Assembly: GCA_041661275.1 (NCBI GenBank)
Contig: JBAZUU010000005.1
Span: 72-64,071, forward strand
DNA: 64,000 bases
DNA from: Parcubacteria group bacterium
GTDB lineage: Bacteria > Patescibacteriota > Minisyncoccia > Moranbacterales > UBA2206
Reading direction: 5' to 3'
A program made the position numbers and the translations under genes. Shown here piece after piece: positions 29,259-41,356 of this stretch (the first letter of the stretch is position 1; each line of letters begins with the position of its first letter). The notes under the pieces are model-generated. The model was not told the origin of the DNA. It saw only the letters and a list, made by a program, of their open reading frames with translations, and ran no database searches.

Positions 29259-29504
29259 CAAAAGGCCAAGGATGCAGAATTTAAGTCAGCAGTTTCAAGT
29301 TTGGTTGCGGCCTATGTTATCTATTGTGATGACACTGTCAATCAGACACAGCCTACTGATCCTCCATCATTAACGTCGACTATAACGACCTGTGCTGACG
29401 GAGCACTCGCAGGCACTGCGGCTCCAACGGCAGCTACCGGAGCCTTGAATTGTACGGGCGCTACTTTTACAGAAACCGGGGTCACTTCTTTTACCGGATG
29501 CTAA
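29136..29504 (+). CDS. pilA: Type IV pilin (major pilin candidate 1)
   Basis: Leader MAKKKTKKKKKKG | FTLIELLIVIAIIGILASIV (class III signal, Glu+5). Confidence 0.8.
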   Translation: MAKKKTKKKKKKGFTLIELLIVIAIIGILASIVLVSLSSARQKAKDAEFKSAVSSLVAAYVIYCDDTVNQTQPTDPPSLTSTITTCADGALAGTAAPTAATGALNCTGATFTETGVTSFTGC

Positions 29505-29598
29505 TTTAACTTAAAAATTTTTATGCTTGCTGATTGATTTGAAAATCGGCAAGCAAATAAAATTCATTAAAGATAAAATAGTAACTAAATATTTATAT

Positions 29599-29738
29599 AG
29601 AAAGCGAGGTGTATTATGGCTAAAAAGAAAACAAAAAAGAAAAAAAAGAAAGGGTTTACCCTGATTGAACTTTTGATCGTTATCGCGATCATCGGAATTC
29701 TGGCTTCGATCGTTTTAGTGAGCTTGAGTAGCGCGAGA
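29599..29738. repeat. Second copy of the pilin 5' repeat
   Basis: Identical to 29119-29258. Confidence 0.9.
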
Positions 29739-30014
29739 ACCAGAGCCAATGTTGCAAAGGCAAAATCTATCGCGTCAAGTATGGGAGCCGCAGTTGTTAT
29801 GGAATGTGACAAGGTCGCTGCCGATAGAGCTGTTATTACTTCTACTGATACAGCTTTTGTACCCACACTAACAGTGGCTAATATAAACACGATTTGTGGA
29901 GCCGCTGCTGGAACAGTTGCTCTTACTACAGCATTTGGGGCTTCTGCTCCGAACTGCTCGGCGCAATGGATAGCAGAAGGAATAGGTGTAAGTTTTACCG
30001 GAACTGGTTGCTAA
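29616..30014 (+). CDS. Type IV pilin (paralogue 2: identical N-terminus, divergent C-terminus)
   Basis: Same 45 N-terminal residues as 29136, then an unrelated C-domain. Confidence 0.8.
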   Translation: MAKKKTKKKKKKGFTLIELLIVIAIIGILASIVLVSLSSARTRANVAKAKSIASSMGAAVVMECDKVAADRAVITSTDTAFVPTLTVANINTICGAAAGTVALTTAFGASAPNCSAQWIAEGIGVSFTGTGC

Positions 30015-30187
30015 CTGCTCTATAAAGAGAGATAAAAGTGGCCAGATACCTTTTTGCGTTTTTGCGGCGAACCAATAATCAGGTTCAAAAATAGAAAAAT
30101 TATATATTTTCCAGCCGTCCCGCAATTTGGGGCGGTTTTGGTTTTTGCCTTAGAGAAGCTATTTTTTGTAGAAGAAAGGACAAAAAT

Positions 30188-30216
30188 TTGACAGAACATG
30201 ATGATTTGTGTATAAT
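30188..30216 (+). promoter_or_regulatory. Sigma70-type promoter TTGACA-17-TATAAT
   Basis: Perfect consensus hexamers 30 nt upstream of the DUF4143 gene. Confidence 0.45.
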
Positions 30217-30245
30217 TAGTACATAGATTAACTAAAAAGTATGTA

Positions 30246-31388
30246 TTGATAATACACAAATTTATGATTAAACGCTTTTTTAGCCCTCCTGAGCCATTAT
30301 TAGAGTCAAACAAAGTGCTTATTATTTATGGGCCGAGAAGGGTCGGAAAAACGACACTGCTTAAGGAACTGCTCGATAACACATCATTAAGATATCGTTT
30401 TGACTCCGGAGAAAATATTCGAGTTCAGGAAGTGCTTAGCTCAAATGATTTTGAAAAAATCAAAGAATATGTTGGAAACAACGAGTTGATAGCGATTGAC
30501 GAAGCGCAACAAATTCCTAATATTGGGATGGGACTAAAAATTATCATCGATCAGGTGCCGAAGATAAAAGTCGTAGTGACAGGGTCATCAAGCTTTGAAT
30601 TGTTTAATCAGATCGGAGAACCGCTCGTGGGAAGAAAAAAAACAATAACTTTGTTTCCGTTCGCGCAAGTGGAACTTGCCAAGATATATAATACTTTTGA
30701 TCTTGAAGGCAGGCTGAAAGAATTTCTCATATATGGAACCTACCCGGACGTATATCTCGCGAAGACGAAACATGAAAAGGAGACGCTCCTCAACGAAATC
30801 GTTGACGCTTATCTTTTGAAGGATGTTCTAGCGCTTGACGATGTGAAAAAATCACGTACACTTGTTGATTTGGTAAAATTGCTCGCGCTTCAAGTGGGAA
30901 GCGAGGTGTCGCTGAATGAACTGGCGCAACAGTTGAGCGCCAATGTACGTACCATCGAAAAATATCTTGATATATTGGAGAAAGGGTTTGTAATTATTTC
31001 TCTTTCAGCTTTGAAGCGCAATTTGCGCAATGAAATACGTGATAAAAGAAAATATTATTTTTACGATACTGGAGTGCGCAACGCTTTACTCTCGCAATTC
31101 AATGACGTGACGCTTCGTAATGATGTGGGCGCGCTGTGGGAGAATTTTCTTTTTATCGAGCGACTAAAAAAATGTTCCTATCGGTCGATGTTTGCCAACA
31201 GATATTTTTGGCGCACCTATGATCAAAAAGAACTGGATCTCATTGAGGAATATGATGGAATTTTTCATGCTTATGAATTCAAATGGAAAAAAGAAACTGC
31301 GCCGTATCCGAAAAAATTTATAGAAAGTTATCCACAATCTTCATTTGAAGTAATAAACAAGGATAATTATCGTGGTTTCGTGGCGTAG
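30246..31388 (+). CDS. AAA+ ATPase with DUF4143 domain
   Basis: Walker A GPRRVGKTT, DEAQ Walker B, DUF4143-like C-terminus. Paralogue at 51136. Confidence 0.75.
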   Translation: MIIHKFMIKRFFSPPEPLLESNKVLIIYGPRRVGKTTLLKELLDNTSLRYRFDSGENIRVQEVLSSNDFEKIKEYVGNNELIAIDEAQQIPNIGMGLKIIIDQVPKIKVVVTGSSSFELFNQIGEPLVGRKKTITLFPFAQVELAKIYNTFDLEGRLKEFLIYGTYPDVYLAKTKHEKETLLNEIVDAYLLKDVLALDDVKKSRTLVDLVKLLALQVGSEVSLNELAQQLSANVRTIEKYLDILEKGFVIISLSALKRNLRNEIRDKRKYYFYDTGVRNALLSQFNDVTLRNDVGALWENFLFIERLKKCSYRSMFANRYFWRTYDQKELDLIEEYDGIFHAYEFKWKKETAPYPKKFIESYPQSSFEVINKDNYRGFVA

Positions 31389-31489
31389 GTAAGATAATAC
31401 TGGGATAATTGGTTTCTTTGGACATGTTTAATCTAATTTGTGCATATCATTGTTTTTCATTCTTCTATTTTATGGTATAATTTGGACAG

Positions 31490-31996
31490 ATGAAAACGAA
31501 GAGAAAAAACAAAAAAGGCGTTACGCTTATTGAGCTGATGACTGCTATTGCCGTTATGGGGATTTTGGCGTCCATTGTTACGATAAGTCTTTCGGCGGGA
31601 AGACAAAAAGCCCAGGCGTCTTCGGTTCTCCAGTCAATGACGAGTGTCGCGCCGCTGGCGTATAAGTGTCTGACCAAGGGTACTTCGGACGCAAAAACCA
31701 GAATTAATATTGGCGCGTCGGGAAGTGATATTTGTTTAAATAGCGCTAGCGCCGTCGAACTTTCCAGCTGGCCGGATATAACAAGCACCGGTTGGAGTTA
31801 TGGTGGTGATTTTTACTGGTGCAAGGTAAATTATTCCGGAACGACTCATCCTACCGGATCTAATGTGTGTAATTATGCTGACGGCACTTGTGGCGGGGAC
31901 TGGACTAATAAGAAATTTTGTTATGGAATCAATAACACCACAACCGATCAGCATATCTGGTGTACTGATCAAGGATGCCAAAAAGAGGGATTTTAA
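31490..31996 (+). CDS. Type IV pilin-like protein
   Basis: MKTKRKNKKG | VTLIELMTAIAVMGILASI prepilin signal. Confidence 0.65.
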   Translation: MKTKRKNKKGVTLIELMTAIAVMGILASIVTISLSAGRQKAQASSVLQSMTSVAPLAYKCLTKGTSDAKTRINIGASGSDICLNSASAVELSSWPDITSTGWSYGGDFYWCKVNYSGTTHPTGSNVCNYADGTCGGDWTNKKFCYGINNTTTDQHIWCTDQGCQKEGF

Positions 31997-32056
31997 TAGT
32001 TTGATATAAGAACCTTAAGTGGCTTAGGTTACTTAGGATTAAATGAAAAAACAAAA

Positions 32057-32860
32057 ATGATTATTATATTGTTTGCAATTCTCGGACTCATTATTGGCAG
32101 TTTTTTGAATGTTCTGGTTTTCAGGACGAAAATTGAAGATTCACTTTTAGGGCGGTCATATTGTCCAAAATGCAAAAAGAAAATTGACTGGTATGACAAT
32201 ATTCCGGTTTTGAGTTTCATTATTCTTGGCGCCCAATGTCGCCAGTGCCGCCAGAAAATTTCCTGGCAGTATCCGATCGTAGAAATAATAACGGCCATTG
32301 TTTTCGCACTGGTTGCTTCTCGTTTTTTTTCCGTTTTTGATCCGGCCACCTGGACGATTACTTTCTATTACTTGGTAACATTTTCCCTGCTCATCGCCAT
32401 TTTGGTCTACGATTATCTCTATATGGAAATTCCCGGCATAATTTTGTGGCCGGCCATCGGTTTTGTCGTCGCCTTCGGCCTCATTTTTGACTGGACGCAA
32501 AAAGATACTTTTTTTGACATTTTGGAACTAAACATTTATTCCGGAGCGCTGGCGGCTTTTTTAGCATTTCTTTTTTTCTTTCTACTGGTTACGCTTTCCA
32601 AAGAGAGATGGATGGGGATGGGAGATGCCTATCTCGTTATTCTTCTCGGGCTTTTTGCCGGCTGGCCAAAGATTTTCCTGGGACTATTTCTGGCTTTTTT
32701 TCTGGGATCGATTTATGGTATCACTCTTATCGCTATGAAAAAGAAAAATATGAAAAGCCAGGTGCCCTTTGCCCCATTTTTGATTATCGGGACAGCCATT
32801 GCCGTTTTTGCCTATAGCCCGATCACGATCTGGTATTTTAATTTATTCAGCGCTTACTAA
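32057..32860 (+). CDS. pilD: Prepilin peptidase PilD (A24 family)
   Basis: CPKC...CRQC zinc-binding N-terminus, polytopic, catalytic-Asp region GMGDAYL. Confidence 0.85.
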   Translation: MIIILFAILGLIIGSFLNVLVFRTKIEDSLLGRSYCPKCKKKIDWYDNIPVLSFIILGAQCRQCRQKISWQYPIVEIITAIVFALVASRFFSVFDPATWTITFYYLVTFSLLIAILVYDYLYMEIPGIILWPAIGFVVAFGLIFDWTQKDTFFDILELNIYSGALAAFLAFLFFFLLVTLSKERWMGMGDAYLVILLGLFAGWPKIFLGLFLAFFLGSIYGITLIAMKKKNMKSQVPFAPFLIIGTAIAVFAYSPITIWYFNLFSAY

Positions 32861-32862
32861 AA

Positions 32863-33411
32863 ATGAGAAAGAAATTTTTTAGAAGAAATGCTTCCGGAGT
32901 GACGCTGGTCGAACTGGTTATTACCATGAGCATCATGGGAATTTTGGCGGTCATAGCCGTAGTTTCCATGAGTGAAACGAGAACAGCGTCAAAAGTGGAG
33001 GCGGCGCAAAAAGAAGTGGCGTCAGAGATAACTCTGGCCAAAGCCTATGCCCTTCAGGGAAAAACCCAAAGCGGAACAACGCCCTGTGGATATGGGGTAT
33101 ATTTTACAGCGACTGACAAATATCGAATTTATTACAATTATCAGAAAAGCGGAAAAACTTGTGACGAAACCAACACCGATTCCGATTATTGCCATTATAG
33201 AAATGGTTCTTCGGGAAAATTAGATGAAAAAGCGCTGTCCAACGGAATAACAGCGACTTCCGGCACAGATATATATTTCACCGTTCCCAATGCCCGGGCT
33301 CATAACGCAGGGGGTGAATTTAGCGGATCGGTGGATATCGGCCTGACTGTCGGAAGCATAAATAAAAACGTGTCCGTCAGCGGTTCAGGACTGGTTACGA
33401 TAGGAGAGTAA
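32863..33411 (+). CDS. Minor pilin / pseudopilin
   Basis: G|VTLVELVITMSIMGILAV prepilin N-terminus. Confidence 0.65.
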   Translation: MRKKFFRRNASGVTLVELVITMSIMGILAVIAVVSMSETRTASKVEAAQKEVASEITLAKAYALQGKTQSGTTPCGYGVYFTATDKYRIYYNYQKSGKTCDETNTDSDYCHYRNGSSGKLDEKALSNGITATSGTDIYFTVPNARAHNAGGEFSGSVDIGLTVGSINKNVSVSGSGLVTIGE

Positions 33412-33417
33412 AAACCA

Positions 33418-33984
33418 ATGAAAAAAATAATCAAAAACAAAAAATACCATGGGTTTTATCTGGTGGAAGCAATCATCGCCTTGTTTTTGATCACGGTCGG
33501 ACTTCTGGTGACTGTCGATCTGCTTTCCAGCACGATGAAAAATACCTTTGAAGATCGCGACAATATTACGGCTGTCCTTTTGGCGCAGGAAGGCGTGGAA
33601 CTGGTGAGAAACCTGCGGGATAATAATTTTGCCTTAGGGTTAGAAGCTTTTGAAGCACCCAGATTTCCGTCGACAACTAATCTATGCAGTATAGACAAAA
33701 ATAGCCCCAGGCTTTTTTGTGGCGCTGAAAAGAATTTTAATCTGAATTTAAGTAACAAGTTTTATGTTACCGGCTCGGGTAGCAAATTTAAGAGAAGAGT
33801 AGCTATCCAATATAGCGGCGACGGTACTGCCAGCGATCCGACCAACGATACTGCTGTTACCGTTACAGTAATTTGGAAAGGGGACATGTCGTCTGATTTT
33901 CCTGCTGACGGCACGCTGGCTACCAAATGTACGGCGGCCAAAGGTTGCGCTTATGTCGAAGTTCACCTAACCAGATGGAATTAG
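33418..33984 (+). CDS. Minor pilin (PilV-like)
   Basis: G|FYLVEAIIALFLITVGLL. Confidence 0.65.
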   Translation: MKKIIKNKKYHGFYLVEAIIALFLITVGLLVTVDLLSSTMKNTFEDRDNITAVLLAQEGVELVRNLRDNNFALGLEAFEAPRFPSTTNLCSIDKNSPRLFCGAEKNFNLNLSNKFYVTGSGSKFKRRVAIQYSGDGTASDPTNDTAVTVTVIWKGDMSSDFPADGTLATKCTAAKGCAYVEVHLTRWN

Positions 33985-34040
33985 TACGCAAAAGCGCGCA
34001 TGCGAATGTTTCTTAAGTAAATTAAGTTTCTCAGGACTCT

Positions 34041-34616
34041 ATGGAAAAAATTTTTGAAAATAAAAAACGTTACAAAGGGTTTTCGCTGGTGGAAATGATT
34101 TTGGTCGTGGCGATTTCCGCTATCATTGCTTTGGCTGTCGGACAAATATTTTTGACCGGGATGAAAACTTCCGAAAGAAACAAGGAAATGCAAAAAAACC
34201 TGGAGGAAGGCCGGTCGGCAATGGAAATGATGGCCAAAGATATCAGGATGAGTAAACTGACTAAGGGCGACTCCACTAATATTTTTATGTATAACAATTC
34301 ACAAGGCAAATGTATCAGCTATCAGTTTGATAACACCAAGAAAAAACTTGGGGTGGATCGAATTTATCCCGATGCAGACGTAACTGACCCCAATAAGCTT
34401 ACTTGTAAAACTACTGCCACTTCTTATTCTTACAGTGATTTAACTTCAGTAAATATTACCGGCAATTTTTTTATACCATTTGAAACAAACAGAACAACCC
34501 CCCCTTATTCAATCGGTCGGGCGACTATCCGGATGACGATGGGAGACGGGACGGACATGGAAGAGACTCTGCAGACATCGATTTCATTCAGAGATTATGA
34601 GGATATTTTGCAATAA
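34041..34616 (+). CDS. Minor pilin (PilW-like)
   Basis: G|FSLVEMILVVAISAIIALAV. Confidence 0.65.
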   Translation: MEKIFENKKRYKGFSLVEMILVVAISAIIALAVGQIFLTGMKTSERNKEMQKNLEEGRSAMEMMAKDIRMSKLTKGDSTNIFMYNNSQGKCISYQFDNTKKKLGVDRIYPDADVTDPNKLTCKTTATSYSYSDLTSVNITGNFFIPFETNRTTPPYSIGRATIRMTMGDGTDMEETLQTSISFRDYEDILQ

Positions 34617-34629
34617 AAAATAATGAGTA

Positions 34630-34742
34630 ATCCCGCACCAATTCCAATATGGCGCAGATATGGCCTAAGGAGTAGTGTGCGAATTCGCCTAACAGCTAAG
34701 TTTTAAATAAAAAATTAATATAACTGCGAATTGGTGCGGGAC
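34630..34742 (+). promoter_or_regulatory. Pilus-locus leader element copy 3
   Basis: ATCCCGCACCAATTCC...GAATTCGCCTAACAGC...GAATTGGTGCGGGAC. The track ORF start (TTG 34731) lies inside it. Confidence 0.55.
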
Positions 34743-34784
34743 ACTAAATTTTGTTTCCACTCGCCAAGCTCGCGGACAAAATTT

Positions 34785-35444
34785 GTGAAACACAAAGCAT
34801 CTATTCTGGCAGTAACGCTCATAACTTTGAGTATTATCCTTGTTACCGCGTTAGCCGTATCTTTGGCGGCGATAAAACAGAGGAACGCTTCTTTGGGATC
34901 GGGAAAATCCAATCTGGCTTTCCAAAACGCCGATACGGGCGTGGAAGAGGCGATGAATGAGATTACCGGAGGCACCAGCGCCACAGTTGGTGATGTATGC
35001 GGAAATTTACCTGGTACATATACGGGATATACTGTAAAATTTTTTGATAAAGATAATATTGAATTGAGTTGTTCAGGCGATGCTGGAAAATCAAAAAATG
35101 AAATAACTTCCATTAAATCAGTAGGTGTGGGAGCCAATCAAGAATCGAGAGCGATCGAAGCGGCAGTGGCGGCAGTGAAAAGCAGTAAAATTTGCGCCAC
35201 TTGGAATGGAAATGGTCTTCCCGATAAATCATTTGCTGATTATTTACCGGTTCCGATGAATTGGCAAATAGATGATTGTAAAAAGTGGGCCAAGCAAGTT
35301 TTTGATAATGCAAAAAATTCATACGCCGTAGGCTGTATTACGGATGAATCTGCCGGTAGCAACGGTGTTGTATTTGGTTCTTTTTGCGATACGACAAGTT
35401 GTGATGCAGATGCTCCGAGCGGAACAAAAAATTGCGGCTGGTAA
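34785..35444 (+). CDS. PilX-like minor pilin/adhesin
   Basis: GTG start. Hydrophobic N-terminus ASILAVTLITLSIILVTALAVSLAAI followed by a Cys-rich variable domain. Confidence 0.5.
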   Translation: MKHKASILAVTLITLSIILVTALAVSLAAIKQRNASLGSGKSNLAFQNADTGVEEAMNEITGGTSATVGDVCGNLPGTYTGYTVKFFDKDNIELSCSGDAGKSKNEITSIKSVGVGANQESRAIEAAVAAVKSSKICATWNGNGLPDKSFADYLPVPMNWQIDDCKKWAKQVFDNAKNSYAVGCITDESAGSNGVVFGSFCDTTSCDADAPSGTKNCGW

Positions 35445-35509
35445 TGGATAAATTTCCGCGATCTTTGCAAACAGGCCTGGTTTGGCCTGTTTTTTGTATT
35501 AATATATGA

Positions 35510-37753
<2,244 letters not shown>

Positions 37754-37772
37754 GTTTTTTGAGGTTTCCTTG

Positions 37773-37842
37773 GTTTCTTAGGTTACTTAAGTTGCTTACG
37801 ACTCGCCAAAATTTTTGCTTCGCAAAAACTTAGGCGAGAGAA
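37773..37842. repeat. CTTAGG-motif element + UUCG-loop hairpin upstream of gatC
   Basis: gtttcttaggttacttaagttgcttacgac then imperfect hairpin actcgccaaaatttttgc-ttcg-gcaaaaacttaggcgag. Confidence 0.55.
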
Positions 37843-37847
37843 GGATT

Positions 37848-38129
37848 ATGATCTCGAAAGATGAAGTAAAACATATCGCGGAACTGGCGAGGATTGGACT
37901 GGACAAAAAAGAGATCGAAAAGTTTTCGACTGATTTGTCGTCTATTTTGGACTGGATAGAGCAGTTGAAAGAAGTGGATATTGAGAATGTTGAGGCAATA
38001 GGGCATATTACGGGGATGGAAAATATCACGCGGAAGGATAAAACTCATGAATTTGATAATACTAGCGGAATCAAGGAATTGTTTCCAGAGGAAAAGGATG
38101 GATATGACAAGGTGAAGAGCGTTTTGTAG
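37848..38129 (+). CDS. gatC: Glu/Asp-tRNA amidotransferase subunit GatC
   Basis: MISKDEVKHIAELARIGL...LDWIEQLKEVD are typical GatC. ATG 37848. Confidence 0.8.
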   Translation: MISKDEVKHIAELARIGLDKKEIEKFSTDLSSILDWIEQLKEVDIENVEAIGHITGMENITRKDKTHEFDNTSGIKELFPEEKDGYDKVKSVL

Positions 38130-38130
38130 G

Positions 38131-38191
38131 ATTCTTAGGACTCTTAGGTTACTTACGACCCGCCCAAATTTTGCAGACAAAACTTGGGCGG
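38131..38191. repeat. CTTAGG-motif element + hairpin upstream of gatA
   Basis: attcttaggactcttaggttacttacgacc then hairpin cccgcccaaattttg-cagac-aaaacttgggcggg. Confidence 0.55.
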
Positions 38192-38199
38192 GAGAAAAA

Positions 38200-39675
38200 A
38201 TGATTAGAGAGCTACACGAAAAATTAATAAACGGCAAAATTACTTCTGTTGAATTGACACAGCAGTATTTTGACGCGATTGAAAAAAAAGACAAAGATAT
38301 ATTTGCATACCTGACACTTACAAAAGACCTGGCCATGGAACAGGCCAAAAAAGTGGATGAAAAAATTGCGCGGGGTGAGAAAATAGAACTACTCGAGGGT
38401 ATTCCAGGCGCGATAAAGGATGTTATTTGCACTGAAGGTGTACGCACTACTGCCGGATCGAAAATACTGGACAACTATATCGCTCCGTATGACGCAACGG
38501 CGGTAAAAAATCTGAGAAGTTTAGGCGCGGTCATTTTGGGCAAAACCAATTGTGATGAGTTTGCCATGGGATCGAGCACAGAAAACAGCGCCTATGGCCC
38601 GACAAAAAATCCACACGACCTGACTCGAGTGCCAGGCGGAACTTCCGGAGGATCAGCGGCGGCTATTGCGGCTGATATGGCAGTGTGGACGCTGGGAACA
38701 GATACTGGCGGTTCGATCAGGCAACCATCGTCACTTTGCGGAACAGTTGGGCTAAAACCAACTTACGGTCGGGTGTCACGCTATGGCCTCATCGCGGCCG
38801 CATCAAGTTTTGATTGTATTGGTCCTATCGCAAAAACAGTTGAAGACGCGGCCATTATCCTTTCGGCTATTTCCGGGCAGGATAAAAATGACGCCACTTC
38901 CGCGCATTCCAGTGACAAAAAATATGAAGACTATCTGACAGGAGTTGTGAGGGGAATGAAAATCGGAGTGGTGAAAGAATATCTGAAAGAGTTGAAAGAG
39001 GACGTTAGAAAAGTTATGGAAGAGGTGATAGAAAAATATAAAAAATTGGGAGCGGAAATTGTTGAAATTGAATTGCCGTATAATAAATATGCCTTGCCGG
39101 CTTACTACATAATCCAGCCTTCAGAAGTCAGCTCGAATTTGGCGAGATTTGACGGAGTGAAATACGGATTGAGAGTAAACGATGCAAAGGATTCTGTTGG
39201 AGATCGGGGAGATAAGGGGGATTGGGGAAATATGCCGAAAACTCTTCTGGAAACATATTTGGATACCAGGAAATATGGGTTAGGCGCTGAAGCGAAAAGA
39301 AGAATAATGCTGGGGACTTACGCGCTGTCATCCGGATATTATGAAGCGTATTATGTCCGGGCGCAAAAAGTCCGCGCGCTTATCAGGAAAGACTTTGAAA
39401 GAATATTTAATGAAGTAGATCTTATCCTGACTCCGACGACGACTGGCCCGGCGTTTAAGATTGGAGAAAAAATAGACGATCCGTTAGTCATGTATTTGGA
39501 AGATATTTTTACGGTTCCTGCCAACATCACCGGCGTACCGGCTATTTCCGTTCCAGCAGGCGTGGTAGAATTAGAAGGCAAGAAATTGCCTATCGGATTC
39601 CAACTTATGGGGAAATGGTTTGATGAAGAAAATTTGTTGCGCGCGGCGCACGCGTGGGAGAACGTATCCGTCTGA
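38200..39675 (+). CDS. gatA: Glutamyl-tRNA(Gln) amidotransferase subunit A
   Basis: Amidase signature GGSSGGSAAAIAA and Ser-cisSer-Lys region. In-frame purine-rich insert around 39190-39240. Confidence 0.9.
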   Translation: MIRELHEKLINGKITSVELTQQYFDAIEKKDKDIFAYLTLTKDLAMEQAKKVDEKIARGEKIELLEGIPGAIKDVICTEGVRTTAGSKILDNYIAPYDATAVKNLRSLGAVILGKTNCDEFAMGSSTENSAYGPTKNPHDLTRVPGGTSGGSAAAIAADMAVWTLGTDTGGSIRQPSSLCGTVGLKPTYGRVSRYGLIAAASSFDCIGPIAKTVEDAAIILSAISGQDKNDATSAHSSDKKYEDYLTGVVRGMKIGVVKEYLKELKEDVRKVMEEVIEKYKKLGAEIVEIELPYNKYALPAYYIIQPSEVSSNLARFDGVKYGLRVNDAKDSVGDRGDKGDWGNMPKTLLETYLDTRKYGLGAEAKRRIMLGTYALSSGYYEAYYVRAQKVRALIRKDFERIFNEVDLILTPTTTGPAFKIGEKIDDPLVMYLEDIFTVPANITGVPAISVPAGVVELEGKKLPIGFQLMGKWFDEENLLRAAHAWENVSV

Positions 39676-39846
39676 GAAATCAAAAATTTTCTCGAAATTG
39701 AACTCGAATCATGAATTTTCTAGCCAAAAATTTCCCTCAATCAAAGGCTGCCACAGGAAATTTTTGGAGAAAATTCAGATTCTCAAACAGTAATTTCTCA
39801 AAATTTTTTGATTTCTCAGTCGTTTATTTAATATAAAATAAAAAAT

Positions 39847-40407
39847 ATGGACACTTCCGGCAATATTATGGCGGACGTAACTAATTCGCTTTTGTATTTC
39901 TATAACTCGACGACTTTTTCGGTTATCAAGTTTATCATTGGAATATATGTGGCGGTGATTTTTGTCGACATCATTCTTTTTCTTTTTCAACGGGGATTGG
40001 GCGGGGATGTCCGCGATACGCGGCTTGGTATGAACGTTCCTAAGGAGTTTCTAAGAAAAAAGCCGCGGCAAAAATTGGCGATGCGATGGAAAAAATTAAG
40101 AGAAGAAATAGAAACAGGAGAAAATAATAAAATAAAAGTAGCCATAATTTCTGCTGACGACATAATAGCGAACCTTATTCGACGAATGTATGCCGGAGCG
40201 CCGTTTGCCAAAAAAGAGATTCCGATCGATGAGATGCTAAACGCCATTCCGGACGGACAGATAGAGAATATGGCGGATATAAAAAACTCTCATTTGGAAA
40301 GAAACAGGATTATCCATGATGAGAGTTTCCATCCAACCAAAGAAGAAGCGTACGAAATCTTAGCGCCTTTTGAAGAATTTTTACGCTATCATGGGGTGCT
40401 GGATTGA
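39847..40407 (+). CDS. Hypothetical membrane-anchored protein
   Basis: ORF with N-terminal TM. Confidence 0.5.
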   Translation: MDTSGNIMADVTNSLLYFYNSTTFSVIKFIIGIYVAVIFVDIILFLFQRGLGGDVRDTRLGMNVPKEFLRKKPRQKLAMRWKKLREEIETGENNKIKVAIISADDIIANLIRRMYAGAPFAKKEIPIDEMLNAIPDGQIENMADIKNSHLERNRIIHDESFHPTKEEAYEILAPFEEFLRYHGVLD

Positions 40408-40540
40408 CAAAGCAGGATTTTACGGATAAAATAGAGAGCAGTCTTTGTATTTATATATATAGCGGGGTGGAGTCCCGCCAAGGCGGGAGTAACTCGCAGT
40501 ACAATGACTATGAGTAAATTTAAGTTTAGCTTGAAAACAT

Positions 40541-40614
40541 AGCGGGGTGGAGCAGTCTGGTAGCTCGCGTGGCTCATAACCACGAGGTCGCCGGTTCAAA
40601 TCCGGCCCCCGCAA
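40541..40614 (+). tRNA. Initiator tRNA-fMet (CAT)
   Basis: AGCGGGGTGGAGCAGTCTGGTAGCTCG...CTCATAA...GGTTCAAATCCGGCCCCCGCAA. Unpaired 1:72 (A:A) is initiator-like. Confidence 0.75.
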
Positions 40615-40678
40615 CATTGAAGTTGATATATTTTCGAACTAGCCGTATAATTAATGCATAACATATACGGTAGGTTTT

Positions 40679-41356
40679 ATGTCAAAATCAAAGGAACAAC
40701 TTTTAGCTCGCGATTTAAGAAAAAAGGGACTAAGTATAAACGAAATCTCGAGAAGGCTTAAGGTTTCGAAAAGCTCTGTTAGTCGCTGGTGTTCCGATAT
40801 TCAGTTGTCCAAAAAGCAGATTAAAATCCTGCATGACCAAATGGTCAGGGGAAGTTACAAGGGTAGAATGATCGGAGTAGAAATTCAAAAGCAGAGGAAG
40901 AAGAAAAAAATTGAAGAATGTTTATTAAGGGCAAAAAAAGATATTCCAATTCTGACGAAAAGAGAGTTATTCATTGCGGGGTTATCGCTTTATTGGGGAG
41001 AAGGAGCGAAAAATTGTTCCAATGTTCGGTTATATAATTCCGATCCATTTGTGATAAAGCTCATTATGAAATGGTTCAGAGAGTCATTGAATATTAAGGA
41101 TGATGAATTTCAGATGTATGTAAATGTTAACGGAATCCACAAGAATAGATCGGATGACATAATTAAATATTGGTCAAAAATAACCAAAGTTCCTACAAAT
41201 CAGTTTAGAAAACCTACCCTTATTAAGGTGAAAAATAAGAAGATTTATGAGAATTTTAACGAACACTACGGAACGCTCTCAATCAGAATCGCTAAGAGTA
41301 AGTACTTACTTTATCAGATTTTAGGGTGGATAGAGGCATTGGGTGAGGCAGGGTAG
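40679..41356 (+). CDS. HTH-domain protein with LAGLIDADG-like motif (possible homing-endonuclease relative)
   Basis: N-terminal LSINEISRRLKVSKSSVSRWC HTH; FIAGLSLYWGEGAK resembles LAGLIDADG. Embedded among tRNA genes. Confidence 0.45.
   Translation: MSKSKEQLLARDLRKKGLSINEISRRLKVSKSSVSRWCSDIQLSKKQIKILHDQMVRGSYKGRMIGVEIQKQRKKKKIEECLLRAKKDIPILTKRELFIAGLSLYWGEGAKNCSNVRLYNSDPFVIKLIMKWFRESLNIKDDEFQMYVNVNGIHKNRSDDIIKYWSKITKVPTNQFRKPTLIKVKNKKIYENFNEHYGTLSIRIAKSKYLLYQILGWIEALGEAG

Noticed and set aside
29119-29738. The 140-bp direct repeat as a possible IS or CRISPR remnant
   Set aside because: It is simply the shared 5' portion of two tandem pilin paralogues.
40679-41356. Calling this ORF a resolvase/transposase
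   Set aside because: Only an HTH is present; no catalytic Ser/Tyr/DDE motifs. Left as an HTH/LAGLIDADG-like hypothetical.
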